Positions 12,171 through 26,524 of a DNA stretch of 64,000 nt are shown here, piece by piece. The stretch comes from Octopus vulgaris. Lineage: Eukaryota. Under the pieces are notes generated by a model that saw only the letters and a program-made list of their open reading frames with translations, ran no database searches and was not told the DNA's origin. The position numbers and the translations under genes are program-made. The stretch covers positions 47,306,001 to 47,370,000 of the forward strand of contig OX597817.1 in assembly GCA_951406725.2 (NCBI GenBank), given 5' to 3'. Every line of letters starts with the position of its first letter. Position 1 is the first letter of the stretch.

Positions 12171-12580
12171 AGGCATAGGAGTGGCTGTGTGGTAAGTAGC
12201 TTGCTTTCGAACCACATGATTCCGGGTTCAGTCCCACTGCGTGGCACCTTGGGCAAGAGTCTTCTACTATAGCCTCGGGCCAACCAAGGCTTTGTGAGTG
12301 AATTTGGTAGACGGAAACTGAAAGAAGCCCGTCGTATATATGTATGTGTGTGTGTGTGTATGTATGTTTGTGTGTCTGTGTTTGTCCCCCCCAACATTGT
12401 TTGACCACCAATGCTGGTGAATTTATGTCCCCGTATCTTAGCGGTTCAGCAAAAGAGACCAATAGAATAAGTACTAGGCTTACAAAGAATAAGTCCTGGG
12501 GTCGATTTGCTTGACTAAAGGCAGTGCTCCAGCATGGCCACAGTCAAATGACTGAAACAAGTAAAAGAGTAAAGAGTAAG
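12171..12580 (+). mobile_element. OK/OR-type SINE, full length
   Basis: Matches the in-window consensus. Confidence 0.85.
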
Positions 12581-12946
12581 TCTCTATGGAAGAATGTGCT
12601 CCCTAATACCAACTTCTTTATAGAGTGTACTGAGTGCCTTTTTTGTGTCACTGGACAAGTGACGTAACTGGTTAGCTTATAAGATATGACCCCTTGATTG
12701 AGGTGGGTGTAATACAGAAGGAGGGATAGTTTTGAGGGAAGTGGCTCAGGCCAGGTGTCAAGAAAAAGGGTAGGACAGACATTATAGGAATGGGTATTTT
12801 GTTGTAGAGGATAGCATATACGTACTTATGTATCACCCCGCTCTTATACTTTAAAACAGCCCTTTAACCGACTGTCCAACTCCTGGTCAGTCAATGGTCA
12901 GAATTTTCACAAAGACACATTTACACACTCGTACTCATAATGATTA

Positions 12947-13260
12947 GTTTGCCCATCATTGTCAATGATGACCAAATATATCACATCGGAGGAGAATACA
13001 CAGTATAGAGTGTCCAGCTGTGGCTGATCAGTCCATGCATGCTCAGAAGGCTCTGCTAAAGGTTGACATTGGTGGTTTGCTGAGATTGAAGGTGAAAAGT
13101 TGGCTCTGGCTTGCAGAGTTCACATTTTCTGCAATCCTGTTTTTTTGGTAAGAGTTGGCACCTTTGTTGCTGCAGTTTCTCCAGGCAGGGCAGTCTGGCA
13201 CTTGCGCTTATAAAGTCTCCAGGTTGATCTCAAAGCTTTTCAGTGAGCTCATAATATTAC
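12947..13260 (-). mobile_element. Decayed 3' end of an RTE LINE with a C2H2-like C-terminal remnant
   Basis: NIMSSLKSFEINLET..DCPAWRNCSNKGANSYQKNRIAE..HQC..RAF..LISH, then a GTCATCATTGACAATGATGG end. Confidence 0.7.
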
Positions 13261-14231
13261 CTGAATAACAGACACAATTCTGCATTCATACATGTGCAGA
13301 CATGTACATATAACAAACACAATCAAACAAATACACACACACACAAAATACCAAGCACACACAAAATACTATTTCATATACCTTACACACATACATACAC
13401 TGACATGGACACAGACAAACACATGTTGTATTTGCTCCCTTGTCTCATAACACACTATTTTATACACCATCCAACTTCTAGTCAGTCAATGGTCAGCACG
13501 TAGACTAACCTCATATAACTCTTTGCTAAGATTGTACTCTTTTAATACCTTTTCTTTTCCCAGTTTCTCTTTGTCTTTCTTTCTCTCGATCCACTTTAAA
13601 GCTTATCCAAACAAGGACAATGACAAAAACAGGGCAATTATCACTTTCTATTACTCTCAGTGTGAAACTAATAATTTCCATAGCAAACTTATACCATCTT
13701 ATTGTTCTTTTCTGCATTTTGTTTTCTGATTTTCATCACACACACACAAACACACACACTCACATCTGGGGAGCTAATTCAAGGATTTACAACAACAACT
13801 ATACTCATTCCAGTCAAATGCTTATTTTATCAGTCGCTACATATCAAACCACTAAGTTACAGAACATGAAGTGACACAAAATACATACCCATACACTAAG
13901 GGCTTCCATGAAGTTTCTGCATATAAAAATTGCTATCATAAACCACATGGTTATCACTAGAGAACTGCACCTATCTATGCAGCTATTTCCCTGACTGCCA
14001 AACAACCCATCCGTCCCTCTAACTGTCTATCTGTTTGGCTGTTGTCTACCTATGGTCATAAACCTTCTCTGTCTAGCTATCCATCTGCCTCTGCATCTAA
14101 CATTTATCTCTGCCACAAGGCATCTATTGTTGGTTGTTTATCATTTTATAATATTATCCTTGTACATTACTGGAAGTCACATTTAACTATGCCAACATAA
14201 TACCCACATTATATATATGTATACATGTATG

Positions 14232-14278
<47 letters not shown>

Positions 14279-14925
14279 TTTGTGAAGCTGTGCAATGCGT
14301 GCGTGTGTATGTGTGTGTGTGCACATGAGTTTATGTGTGTGCATTTATGCATACATACATACATACACACATACATGCATATACATATATATAGATACTT
14401 ATACACATAGATATATTTATATATATATACATATAGATATATAAATATATATACACATATATATGAATATATATATACACACATATATTCATATATACAG
14501 ATATATACATACACACACATACATATGTGTGTGTGTGTGTGTGTGTATACATACACAAATATATACACACGCAAATACATATATGTGTGTCTGAGTATAT
14601 ATACATATATATATATATTTGTATATATATATGCGTACACACACACACAATAATAATAAGACAAAACAAAAAATAATTGCTTTATCTTTTTTAAATCCAA
14701 TTCTACTCGTTTCTCCTCGGTTTTTTTTTCTCTTTTTTTTGGTTGTTCATTTTCGGCAGCAGTGTCTTCTGAAGTTGTTTTCTCAAAACTAGTCTTTCTT
14801 ATCCAATTAAAATATAATTTAATTTAAACACACACTACTTTCTTGATTACATCTAATAATAATAATAAAAATAATAATAATCATAATAATAATAATGACC
14901 ACCACATCTATTATTGTCATTATTA

Positions 14926-14957
<32 letters not shown>

Positions 14958-15179
14958 GTAGTTATTATCTTCATTTTGGTTGGTTCACTTGTTAAGCCCA
15001 AAGATAGAGAAAAGAAAATAAATCGAGGAAAAATACATAAATTTAAAACTGTCCACATTTTTTTTTTTCCATTTAAATTGGCTCTTTTTAACCCTACTGT
15101 TTTTGACCCCGCTTTTATTTCTGTGTTTTATACCGAAAAACAGAGAAAAACTAACAATGGTTCTAAATTTCCTTTATTA

Positions 15180-15237
<58 letters not shown>

Positions 15238-15395
15238 CATTATTCTGGTAGATCTCAATGATAAGAAGGAAAAATTGCAAAAAAAAAAAAAATGGAGAAA
15301 ATGGCAGAGGTGACAGTAATAACGTAACAACAATAACAGCAACAATAATAACTAGTGATGGAAAATAGCCAACATCTATATACACAACTATTTTC

Positions 15396-15432
<37 letters not shown>

Positions 15433-15644
15433 TGATGATGATGATGATGATCATGAGGCTGATGATGATGATGATGTTGATGATGGTAATGATAAGAATA
15501 ATAATGTATGATGGTGATGGCTTATTTTATTAATTTTTTTAAAAATAATAATAAAAAAGTTAAGTCACTGAAATAGACTTGTCATGAATAGAAATAAATG
15601 TGTTTATTTACCACTCATGTCACCCAGACCATACACACACACAC

Positions 15645-15683
<39 letters not shown>

Positions 15684-17000
15684 TGCAGGCATGGCTGTGT
15701 AGATAAGATGCTTGCTTCCTACCCACATGATTTTGGGTTCAGTCCCAAGGTGTGGAACCTTGGACAAGTGACTTCCATTATAGCCCTAGGCCAACCAAAG
15801 CCTTGTGGGTATATCTGGTAGAGATCATCACTGTCAGCATCATCATCCTCCACATCATCATTTAACATCCATTGTCCATGCTGGCATGGGTGGGATGGTT
15901 TGACTGGTTTGCTGAAAGACTGCACCAAACTTCGTCTAGCAAATCCACTGATAAGGCTTTGGTCGGCCCAAGGCTATAGTAGAAGACACTTCCCCAAGGT
16001 ACCACACAGTGGGACTGGACCCAGAACTATGTGGTTGGTAAGCAAGGTGGTGGTGATATGGCTGATTTACCATATCAACTCTCCTCTACAGCAAGAACTA
16101 GACATCCAAACCATCAACACGACCATCATTATAACGATCATAATAGCCGACATCATGACTATGTTTCCTTATATGGATGATAATGAGAAATGTACGAAGC
16201 AAACAATGATTGTTCGTCAAAGTGTTTTAGTTTTGGATTCAGGGACATTAATTAAGACAGATGAGATATTAAACCCAGGACATTCTCATTAAAGAAAACA
16301 AAAAGTCAGGTATTTTATTTTCTAACTGAACAACTAGATTACAGGGACATAAACAAACCAACACTTGTTACCAACAAGGAGTGGGATTTGAACAAATACA
16401 AATACAAAGACACACACACACATGTATGGCAGGATTCCACACAGTATCCACCTTCCAAATTCACTCACAAGTCTTTGATTGGCCCAGGGCTATAGTAAAA
16501 AAAAACTTGCCCAAAAAGCTGCTCAATGACACCGAACTCAAAACCACAGGGTTGCAAAGTGAATTTCTTAACAAGACAGTGATGCTTGCACCAATCCATT
16601 TATCTACTTGTTATCTTTTTTTTAATGTCTATTTTTTGAAATTTTTATTTTTTTACCATCCTATGGCTATTTATCAATGTTTATATGAGTCAAAAAATTT
16701 CTTTGATTGATGGAATATTTTTATACTAGAATATCCTTCCTAATACAAAACATTCAAATAAGATATATGAGTGCAAACCTCCTGTTTTTTTTTAAGGATT
16801 TTTGTTGATTTTTGTTGGGGCTTTGTTTTTTGTTTTTTTGTGGGGGGGGGGATCCCCAGACAAAATGCAGTCACCAGAGTTAAGATATTACTTAAGATCA
16901 CAACACAATTACAGTAATAAGATATGGAATTCTGATTGAACGGTCATTAGAGGTCCAGCCCCTTGACCCTAACCCTGTTGCATTTGGATTGTTCTGTTAA

Positions 17001-17466
17001 CCCTTTCGTTACCAACCCAGCTGAAACTGGCTCTGAGTACAAATGTCATGTTTTCATAAGTTTTGAATTAAAATCTTCCACCAAACCCTAGTCACAATTT
17101 ATGTTCCTAACACTAAGCTGAATCATAACTAAGTTATTTTACTAAATTCTTTGTTATATTCAAAATAATTGAAAGAAACACAGAACATCTCAAAATAAAT
17201 ACGCTAACAAAAGGGTTAAAATATATACTAGAGAAACAATTCTTAACCCTTTTGATACCAACCTGGCTGAAACCCCCTCTGGCTCTAAGTACAAATGCCT
17301 TGTTTTCATAAGTTTTGAATTAAAATCTTCCACCAAACCTTAGTCACAATTTATGTTCCTTACACTAACTGAATGATAACTAAGTTATTTTACTAAAGTC
17401 TTTGTTATATTTAAAGTAATTGAAAGAAACACAGAGCACCTCAAAATAAATACGGTAACAAAAGGG
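17001..17466. mobile_element. Two adjacent piggyBac-type MITEs (17001-17215 and 17247-17466), each flanked by TTAA
   Basis: ttaa|cccttt ... aaaggg|ttaa occurs twice, with near-identical bodies. Confidence 0.8.
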
Positions 17467-17530
17467 TTAAATGTGATGCTTATTTATTCACATGGTTTAG
17501 ATTTAATCATGCATTATCTTGTAGCTTTAT

Positions 17531-17675
17531 ATTATTTACATTTGACGGATATTTGTCTTCATCTTGTTTGTTGTTAACACAATGTTTTGGATGATATTCC
17601 CTCTAGCTTTCATCAGGTGTCTTGGGGAAATTTTGAACCTGGGTTCTCATTCTTAAGAAATTTTTTTGATGTTAA

Positions 17676-17716
<41 letters not shown>

Positions 17717-17796
17717 TTATTCAGGTTACTCCCTGGAATCAAACTCGGAATATTGGGGTTAGTAGCCCATGCTCTTAACCATTACGCCATATGCCC
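17531..17796 (-). mobile_element. tRNA-head + (AAT)n + hammerhead SINE-like element, decayed copy
   Basis: Reverse complement of the 28.6-29.4 kb element. Ribozyme at 17576-17621 has GAAA changed to AAAA. Confidence 0.8.
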
Positions 17797-18744
17797 ATTT
17801 CTTTCAGTTTTCATCTACCAAGTACACTCACAAGGCTTTGGTTAGCCAAGGTTATAGAAGTCACTTGCCCAAAGTGCCACACAGTGGGACTAAACCTAGA
17901 ACTATGTGAATGAGAAGCAAACTTCTTACCACACAGTCATGCCTACACCTATATGTATGTGCTTATTTCTGCATGTGTTTAGGTGTATGTGTGTGTGTGT
18001 GTGTGCATGTGTGTTTGCCTCCAGTGTCGAAATGTACTGTTGCCAAAACAAGCTGGATATGCAGTCAGCTGTGCTAAATCATCAGTGAACAAACAGCTGC
18101 ACCTAAAAACCTCATTCCATGGTTGGTTAGACACAAGATTACATTTGACTACACACAGAACCACGTTTAACTGAACATGCATTTATTTTTGATTGGACAC
18201 AACATCATATCTCACTGGACACAACACTATGTTTGACTAGACACAAAACCAACACAAGGTACTAAATGGGATGAAAGGTTGAGAGGTCAGAACCTCACCC
18301 TTGTATGTCACTGCGTTTGTGGTCAAGACACTTAAACTTTCTTTAAAGACCAAAGTAGGGACACATAGTGCTAATGCTTATCTTACCCTTCCATTATTTC
18401 AAGTGCTGGTAGCATGTTAAAAAAGCACCCAGTACACTCTGTAAAATAGTTGGCATTAGGAAGGGCATCCAGCCATAGAAACCATGCCAAAATAGACAAC
18501 TGGACTGGTGCAGCTCTCTGGCTTGCCAGCTCCTGCCAAACTGTCCAACCCATGCCAGCATGGGAAACATGTGGCTGAACTGCCTACTTATGGGGATGTA
18601 AACATACCCACATTAGTTGTCAAGCGATGGTAGAGAACACACACAAACACACATATATATATATATATATATAATTAATCAAAGGACAATAATATCTTTG
18701 CAAATGTTTTCTCCTGAATTATTTGCTTCATATATATATATATA

Positions 18745-19300
18745 CGACCAAACCGCCCCTCCCTTCCAATGGACTGTGCTGAGTTGTCAAACATTTAAAC
18801 CAAAATTTTCTCAAAACAACTTGTCCAACCGGCCCATAGGCCTCCCATTTGAGAAACACTGATTTAACCTAAATTTGAGACACTAGCAAAAGAAGTAATA
18901 TAGATTTTTCAATTCCAAAAAAAAACGATTTTATTCACACAAATATGCAACCAAAGAGTTTAAAGTACCAGTAATGATAAGGCTGTTGACTGGGAGAACA
19001 CAAACATGGTTTAAACAGTAAGCTTGGCAGGAAAGAAATGTGCCTATAAGCAGTACAAAAACAACAAAAAATGGAAGGTGCAGTTATGTACAGGTTGACG
19101 GAAGAAAAGCAGGACAAAAACGGCTTTATTGATCACATTTTCACCTGGAATCGATTTTTGTAATTTTTTCAAGACTTATACATGCCCTGATACCGTCGGT
19201 ATCTACATATCAAATTTGAGCACAATCGGATGGAAGATGCCCGAGATCCAAGAAGACACACACACAGACAGACAGACAGAACGGATTTTATATAAGAGAT
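18745..19300 (+). mobile_element. Helitron/Helentron-like non-autonomous repeat, copy 1
   Basis: Near-identical to 32213-32765; ends in (CAGA)n and TTTTATATA. Class assignment is inference. Confidence 0.55.
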
Positions 19301-19813
19301 ATATATACACACACACATACACACACAAACAGACACACACACAGAACCAGCTTCTTTCAGTTTCCACCTACCAAATCCACCCTCAAGGCTTCGGTTAGCC
19401 TGAGGCTGTAGTAGAAGACACTAGGCCAAGGTGCCATACAATGGGACAGAACCCAGAACTACATGACTGGGAAGCAAGCTTCTTACCACACAGCTAGAAT
19501 TACATTGTAGGGTAGGTGTGAGAGGCCAGATGTGGTTGGTTTGAGGTTCTCTCAATACCTTGATTCGGTGCATGTCTGCTACAGAAACCCTTATTGCCAC
19601 CAGTCCAGTAGAAACATCACAGATGCTACCCTTCCACCTTTAACTAAGCAAGAACACAAGCTATATCACCAGTAAATATCATATAAAGACCATGGGCCCA
19701 GCTCTCTTTTTTTTTCTTCTCATGCTAAAGAATGAAAAATAAAAATACGCACACAGGCATGCAATACCTGAAGACAAATGGTTTGATATTAGAAAGGAAT
19801 TCATAATACTCAC

Positions 19814-19897
19814 CAGTCACAGGTCTGTTATTTCTGCCATTTTCTCTTGGTTTTGAAAGAGTGCTGTCCATTATTTTCAGAATATGTTGCCTAGCAA
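19814..19897 (-). CDS. PNPT1: Next PNPase coding exon (84 nt, phase 1 to 1): (I)ARQHILKIMDSTLSKPRENGRNNRPVT, leading into the KH domain
   Basis: ttcccttcaaatattttccag|TTGCTAGG...GTGACTG|gtgagt. Splices in frame to the 45987-46050 exon. Matches human [28 protein letters not shown] (recalled; 13/28 identical). Confidence 0.93.
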
Positions 19898-20904
19898 CTG
19901 GAAAATATTTGAAGGGAAAAATATAGAATGTCAAATATACATGAGTGTGTGTGTGTGTGTGTGTATTTATATATGTATGTATATAGATTCAGATGAATGT
20001 GGTACTTAAGTTGAGGCACCAGAATTTAGTACAGTATTATCCATACAATTTCAAAGAAAGGTGGTTTAAGTCAAGATACGCAACAAGGATAACCAGAGGA
20101 TATCCTTGTCGCTTATTTTGACTAATATATATTTTTATATATTTACACACACACACACATCATATATATATATATAAGACAGACATACAGATAGATAGAT
20201 ATGCGTATTGTGTATATATGAATATATATATATATATGTATGTATATATACGTTATATGTACGTATGTATGCATGTATGCATGTATGTATGTATTAAGTA
20301 TGTATTATGTATGTGTGTGTGTGTGTATGTATATAGGTATGTGTGTATATAGGTGGGTGTGTATGTAATTGTGGTCTATGAAGGTCATTGAAAGAAAAAT
20401 ATACATATTTTCTTTGTAGGGGAATATTAAAGATTCATTCTTTTCATTTATTTATTCCCTGTAGTCATGCAGACATTGCTCACTGCTAATTCTTAATTAG
20501 TTATGGCTTTCTTTTCAGGAAATACCTTAGTTTGATGAATTAAGATGTAACTTGTGAGGTTCTTGGGGGTTCCTCATCACTATACAAACAAAGACATATA
20601 TGAAGAAAAAAAAAGACAAAATGTTTTGTAGTATTTATGTTTTGAGTTCAAATCCTATGTAGGGTGATTTCTGTCTTTTATCCTTTTTAAGGGACAATGA
20701 AATATCTACTGTTCAAGTAAGGGGACGAATATAACCAACTTCATCAGCTTTGACATTCTTTTTGCTGTTGTTCAACTGGTACTTATTTTATTGACCCCTA
20801 CGAAGGTGAACAGCAGAGTTGATCCTGGTGGAATTTGAACTCGAAACATAAAGAGCCAGATGAAAATGCCATTACGCATTTTGTCAGATATACCTCCAGT
20901 CCTG

Positions 20905-21230
20905 TGAAGGCGCATGGCTCAGTGGTTAGAGCGTTAAGCTTACAATTGTGAGGTTGTGAGTTCAAATCCTGGACCAGGCTGTGTGTTGTGTTCTTGAGCA
21001 AGACACTTTATTTTACGTTGCTCCAGTTCACTCAGCCGTAGAAACGAGTTGCGATATCACAGGTGCCAAGCTGTATCGGCCCCTTTGCCTTTCCCTGGTG
21101 GTATGGAGAGGGGAGGCCAGTATGCATGGGCGACTGCTGGCCTTCCATAAACCACCTTGCCCGGACTTGTGCCTGGGAGGGTAACCTTCTAGGTGCAATC
21201 CTATGGTCAGTCATGACTGAAGGGAGTCTC
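20905..21230 (+). mobile_element. tRNA-derived SINE (TGTGTTCTTGAGCAAGACAC family)
   Basis: A box TGGCTCAGTGG, B box GAGTTCAAATCC. Other copies at about 57088-57445 and 62479-63065. Confidence 0.75.
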
Positions 21231-21337
21231 TGCATTTCCAGTCCTATTTCTATTAATAATGCTGTCAGTAGAACCAACACAGACACAAACCAAGCCATCC
21301 AATATTTACCAGGGATACTTTCTTGAAAATAATAAGG

Positions 21338-21800
21338 TTTAAAGGAAATTGAAAGTGAGGTTGTTTCTAGCAACAGTAGAGCCTGTTCTTCTCTTTGGGG
21401 CTGAAACATGGGTGCTCACTAAAGCATTGAAAAAGCAGTTGGATGGTTGTTACACAAGGATGCTTTGAATGGCACTCAATGTCTCCTGGAAGAGTCATAC
21501 AAGAAACGCCGACTTATACCAGGGACTACCAAAAGTAACATTTAAGATGCAGCCTAGAAGGATGAGGCTAGCTGGACACTGCATCAGACATACTGAGGAA
21601 ATTGCGAACAAGTTAGTGCTCTGGCAACCAACAGAAGGAAGAACCATGAGAGGAAGGAGGAAGACAACCTATATCAACAAACTGCTGGAGGATACTGGTA
21701 TGGAAGTGGGTACAGGAGCTGAAGACCATAATGGAATATTGAGATGAATGCGGAAAACATGTGGAAATGGTCTTGGGGTGGTCAATTGGTGAGGTCAACT
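21338..21800 (+). mobile_element. RTE-clade LINE ORF2 C-terminal fragment
   Basis: LKVRLFLATVEPVLLFGAETW..LDGCYTRML*MALNVSW..RRMRLAGHCIRH..LWQP..RGRRKTTY. Confidence 0.85.
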
Positions 21801-22863
21801 ACATCACCTCATTGCCCTGCCACAACCAAATACAACCCCAGCAGGATTTGAACTCAGGACATGAAGTTGGAAGCAATGCCCCAAAGCATTTTGTCCATCA
21901 TGGCAATGATTCTGCCAGCTTACAGTCTTGTTCTTGTGAAATATTAAGACATAGCAATTGGTGGTGTCAACTACATCAGCTCATTGCCCTATCACCACGA
22001 TGGCCACCACCACCAAAGGGAAACATTAAATAAGGCAAGAAAAGATAAATGACACAAATATCAATCCCAAAGAAATGACAAAGAAATAACTATTAATTAA
22101 GAAAAAAAAAACACCAAATAAATTTATTATTCTTAGCATTGCAGTGTTACAGAAAAAATGGGTCTTTCAATTCATAAGTGCTAGTTCCTGGCTATAATTA
22201 ATATTTTAAATGTCCCCCTTAGGGGTTAGCTTTTCTAACTGCAGTTAGGTCTGATAAAAATACAAAACACAGGTTATTATGTACATCATTTATTTCTTGC
22301 CTGTTTTTTGTTTTTTTGTCTTCATTTTTAATATGTGAATTTTGAGTGAGAGTTGCAAATCAAACAACTAAAGACATGTTAGAAATAGCAGTGAAATCTC
22401 CCCCAAGTTATTACCAGCTGGTAATTGTCACCCTCTTTTCTACCCAACCCCTAACTTTAATCCCTCACCTCACTGCATAAACCTTCCTCCGCTGCAGCTT
22501 TGTAAGCTTGCATAGGAATTAGAAGTTCAACATGATGAAATAGTCAACCAGTACTTTATTTTATTGCTCCCACCCACTGCCAATGGAATGGCAGGCGAAG
22601 CTGACCACAGCTGGATTTGAACTCAGAATGCAGAGAACTGGAAGAAATGCTGCTAAGCATTTTGTCCAAATTGCAAACAATACTGCCAGCTCATTACCTT
22701 AGTATTAGGCATACAAAGAAAAAAAAAAAAAAAATGAAAGACTTTGTTGGGATTTGAACTCAGAACATAGAGAGCCAGAAAAAATACCACTAAGCATTTT
22801 ATCTGATGTGTTAATGATTCTGTCAGCTCACTGCCTTAGTATTAGATATAATAATAATAATAA

Positions 22864-22898
<35 letters not shown>

Positions 22899-23383
22899 GG
22901 AGGGGGAGAATGAGGAGATGAGGAGGAGGAGGAGGAGGAGGAAAAGAAGAAGCCAGCCACTAAATTCTCATGGTTGCAGTCCTGTTGATCACAGATCTGC
23001 TCAATCAGGACTGACCTGGGGTTGAATAAAACAACAAGTGAATACAGTTCTGAAAACACACAAGAGCCTGTTGGTGGTTTCCAAGGAGTGGCAGGGGGTA
23101 GTAAGGTGCTGGGCTAGGGGTGGGGGTGGAATAACAGTAGTTGGTTCCTGTACTTTGTATTGACAGAGTGTCTATTAGCAAAGTGCTACAAAACCTTCAA
23201 CCAATTGATTATACAAACATGCACAAGAACAGCTATTCCCTGAACAAATATTGTCATAAAGCCAACTCTGTGTGTGTGTGTGTGTTGTGTGTATTAGTGT
23301 GTGGTGGTGCAGAGGATGTGGGATGGATAACAGCAGGCACTGAAATATCCATTATGATTGATTTACACACACACATTTATATA

Positions 23384-23428
<45 letters not shown>

Positions 23429-23429
23429 A

Positions 23430-23824
23430 GGTGCAGGAGTGGTTGTGTGGTATGTAGCTTGCTTACCAACCACATGGTTCCGGGTTCAGTCCCACTGCAT
23501 GGCACCTTGGGCAAGTGTCTTCCACTATAGCCTCGGGCTGACCAAAGCCTTGTGAGTGAATTTGGTAGACGGAAACTGAAAGAAGCCTGTTGTATATATG
23601 AGTATATATATTTGTGTGTGTATGTGTTTGTCCCCCCACCCAACATCGCTTGACAACCGATGCTGGTGTGTTTACTTCCCTGCAAATTAGTGGTTCGGCA
23701 AAAGAAACCGATAGAATAAGTACTAGGTTTACAAAAAATAAGACATGGGGTCAATTTGATTCAACTAAAGGTGGTGCTCCAGCATGGCCACAGTCAAATG
23801 ACTGAAACAAGTAAAAGAATAAAA

Positions 23825-23828
<4 letters not shown>
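23430..23828 (+). mobile_element. OK/OR-type SINE between (TA)n tracts
   Basis: Matches the in-window consensus. Confidence 0.85.
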
Positions 23829-23878
<50 letters not shown>

Positions 23879-26297
23879 GTGTGTGTGTAGGTGTGTGGCC
23901 TAGTGGTTAGTTTGTTGCACTCGCAATCACTAGATCATGGGTTCAATTACTAGACTGGGCAGTGTGCTGTGTTCTTGAGCAAAACACTTCATTTCACATT
24001 GCTCCAGTTCCCCTTCAGTGAAGGGGGATTGTTGGCCTGCTTGCCTAGCCAGTGGGGTGGCATCATTTCAAGGCTAAAACAATGCAAATTGCATTGTGAC
24101 AAGCAATGTGTAACATCTGATAGACTGGTTAGTCATATGATCATGTGATATATAAATATATATATATATTTTACTCTTTTACTTGTTTCAGTCATTTTGA
24201 CTGCAGCCATGCTGGAGCAGTCTGAATATGTAAGAATATGTATGTCTGAGCAAAGAGAGAAGTCAAGTGTGTGCCATACATACACACAATTATCATCATC
24301 ACCATCATAATCTTGTAACTGCTTTCGATGATGGTATGTGTCAGAAGGGTATTCACGGCCCCTGTCTGCTCTTATTTGCAGTTACTGCTTTGCTAGATGG
24401 ATTGGAGGATCACTTCACGTTTGTACATTACATTCTACGTATAGTTTTCTAAAGGCTGGACGGCATTACTAAAACCAGCCACACTGCACAGATCACTATG
24501 TGCATTTTCTCTTGGCACCAGCACTAGAGTTGTTGCCTTATGCCCTGCAAGGCCAATGAATGTTCACTACTCTACAGTATCCATGTTTATTCGAAACAGC
24601 TTCACCAACAGAATCATTCAAGAAGGAGAGCAATTCCAGACGGCCCGTTGTGAGTGGTGAAGGAGCGAAAGTATAATGAAGGTGGGCAGAGTTATTGGAG
24701 AGGGTGATAAAGGAGGAAGTAATAAAATGGGGGCAGCAATGTCAGGCGGTAATGTAAGAGAGACAGTGATGGCAGTTACATGCTTGCTAGTGTGAGTTTG
24801 TGTGCATGCATGTACATATGCATGTATGCATATTTGTTTGTATGTATGCATGAATGTATGTATGCATGTATATATGCAGGTGTGTATGTATGCAGATATG
24901 TATTATGTGTGCAGGTATGTATGCATGTATGTATGCAGGTATGTATGTGTGCATCTATGTATATATCTATGTATGCATGCATGTATGTATGTATGCATGC
25001 ATGTATGTATGCATGCATGTATGTATGCATGCATGCATACATGCATTTATGTATGTATGTATCAGTGGTGTATATTCTGGGTGTGCTAGGTGTGTGCTGC
25101 ATACCCACTGAAAATGGCAAATTCATTATAAATATGAGCCTTATTCATTAATTTAATCACAAATCTTAATGGAAAACTTTTGTCACATGCCTGCTTGAAA
25201 TTTGGCGGCACTGGATGTGACAGCACACCCAACAAAACAACTACCATACACCACTGGTACACATGCATTCATGTATGACATTGTTCAGTTTTATTTCAAG
25301 ATTTCTTGCCAATAGAGAAAGAGCCAGTTTCTAACCGAGATCCAAGGCTCCTCCATTGGAATTTCAACATCAACAACAGGGTATGCATGTATGTATCTAT
25401 GTATGTATGTGCAGGTTTGTATGTCTTATGTATGTATTCCCATGCACATAGTTATGTATCTAGACAAGCTCATATATATTTAAATGATAAACTTATGGAA
25501 AGTTTCACAGATATCTATGGTTTAGATCTGTAGTCTTCAAATTAGCTTTTTCTTCTCTGGTTTTGAGAAGCCTAATTTCTCAAGATTGGTATTTAGGCAG
25601 TGTGTTACATATCCAAGTGCCCCAACAATTACAGATATGTATGTATGGATGGATGGATGGACGGTGGTGAGACTACAGCTGGGAAGATCTGGAGTTGTAG
25701 GGAGCCAAGAGACACCCCTTAACTATCATTATTTCTAGGACCGTTCTGACCCAGAACAGTAGTACTTATCAGGGTCCCATCTATGTGTTAAATAGATTCC
25801 CCAGTGACACAGGAGGTCCTATCTTTCTCTACTACGCCATGGGAAAGGCAGAAAAATTCTCTGGCATAAAACTTGCAGCCAAAGTCAAAATGGAGTCACT
25901 CTTCTTGCAATGCTTGCCACTGGAACAGTGGCAAAAGTGTTGTCCAAGCATTTGTCGCTTCAATCTGACAACATACAGATGTCTCATTATTCATTTGGAA
26001 GCTGACAAGATGAAGCAATCATTATGTGTGTGTATCATTGTAATTACACACAGAAATGATGCACACACACACTTGGTTGTGTACGCATTGAAATAAATAC
26101 AACAGCACGCAAGCATACAAACCCAGACACACATACGCAGACAGATACACTAACATAGTTATATAAATGCACACAGACACCACACACACACAACTTTGTG
26201 CAAATCTTGTTATATAAACACACAAAACAGATATACATACACTTATGTGCTTACAATTATACACAAACGTATATGGACAAAAGGTGATACAGACATG

Positions 26298-26330
<33 letters not shown>

Positions 26331-26524
26331 TTGCAAGCATACAACCACATACATGCAAATGCACACACATATACATGTACACATACACGCACAGCTGTCC
26401 CAAGGGATAGCAGAGGGCTATCATGGTCCATGCTTTATTCTGGTGTGAAACCTGATTGGGATATCTTTTGTCTGTGATATTATTTAATTTACACACACAG
26501 TGTGTGTGTGTGTTACATATAGGA

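Noticed and set aside
12885-13496. 16-bp direct repeat gtcagtcaatggtcag as a TSD or nuclear-receptor DR5 element
   Set aside because: It does not abut the RTE fragment ends, and the half-sites are non-canonical.
25490-25550. UUGAAGA...GAAAC hammerhead-like motif on minus
   Set aside because: No convincing stem I and an irregular stem II junction.
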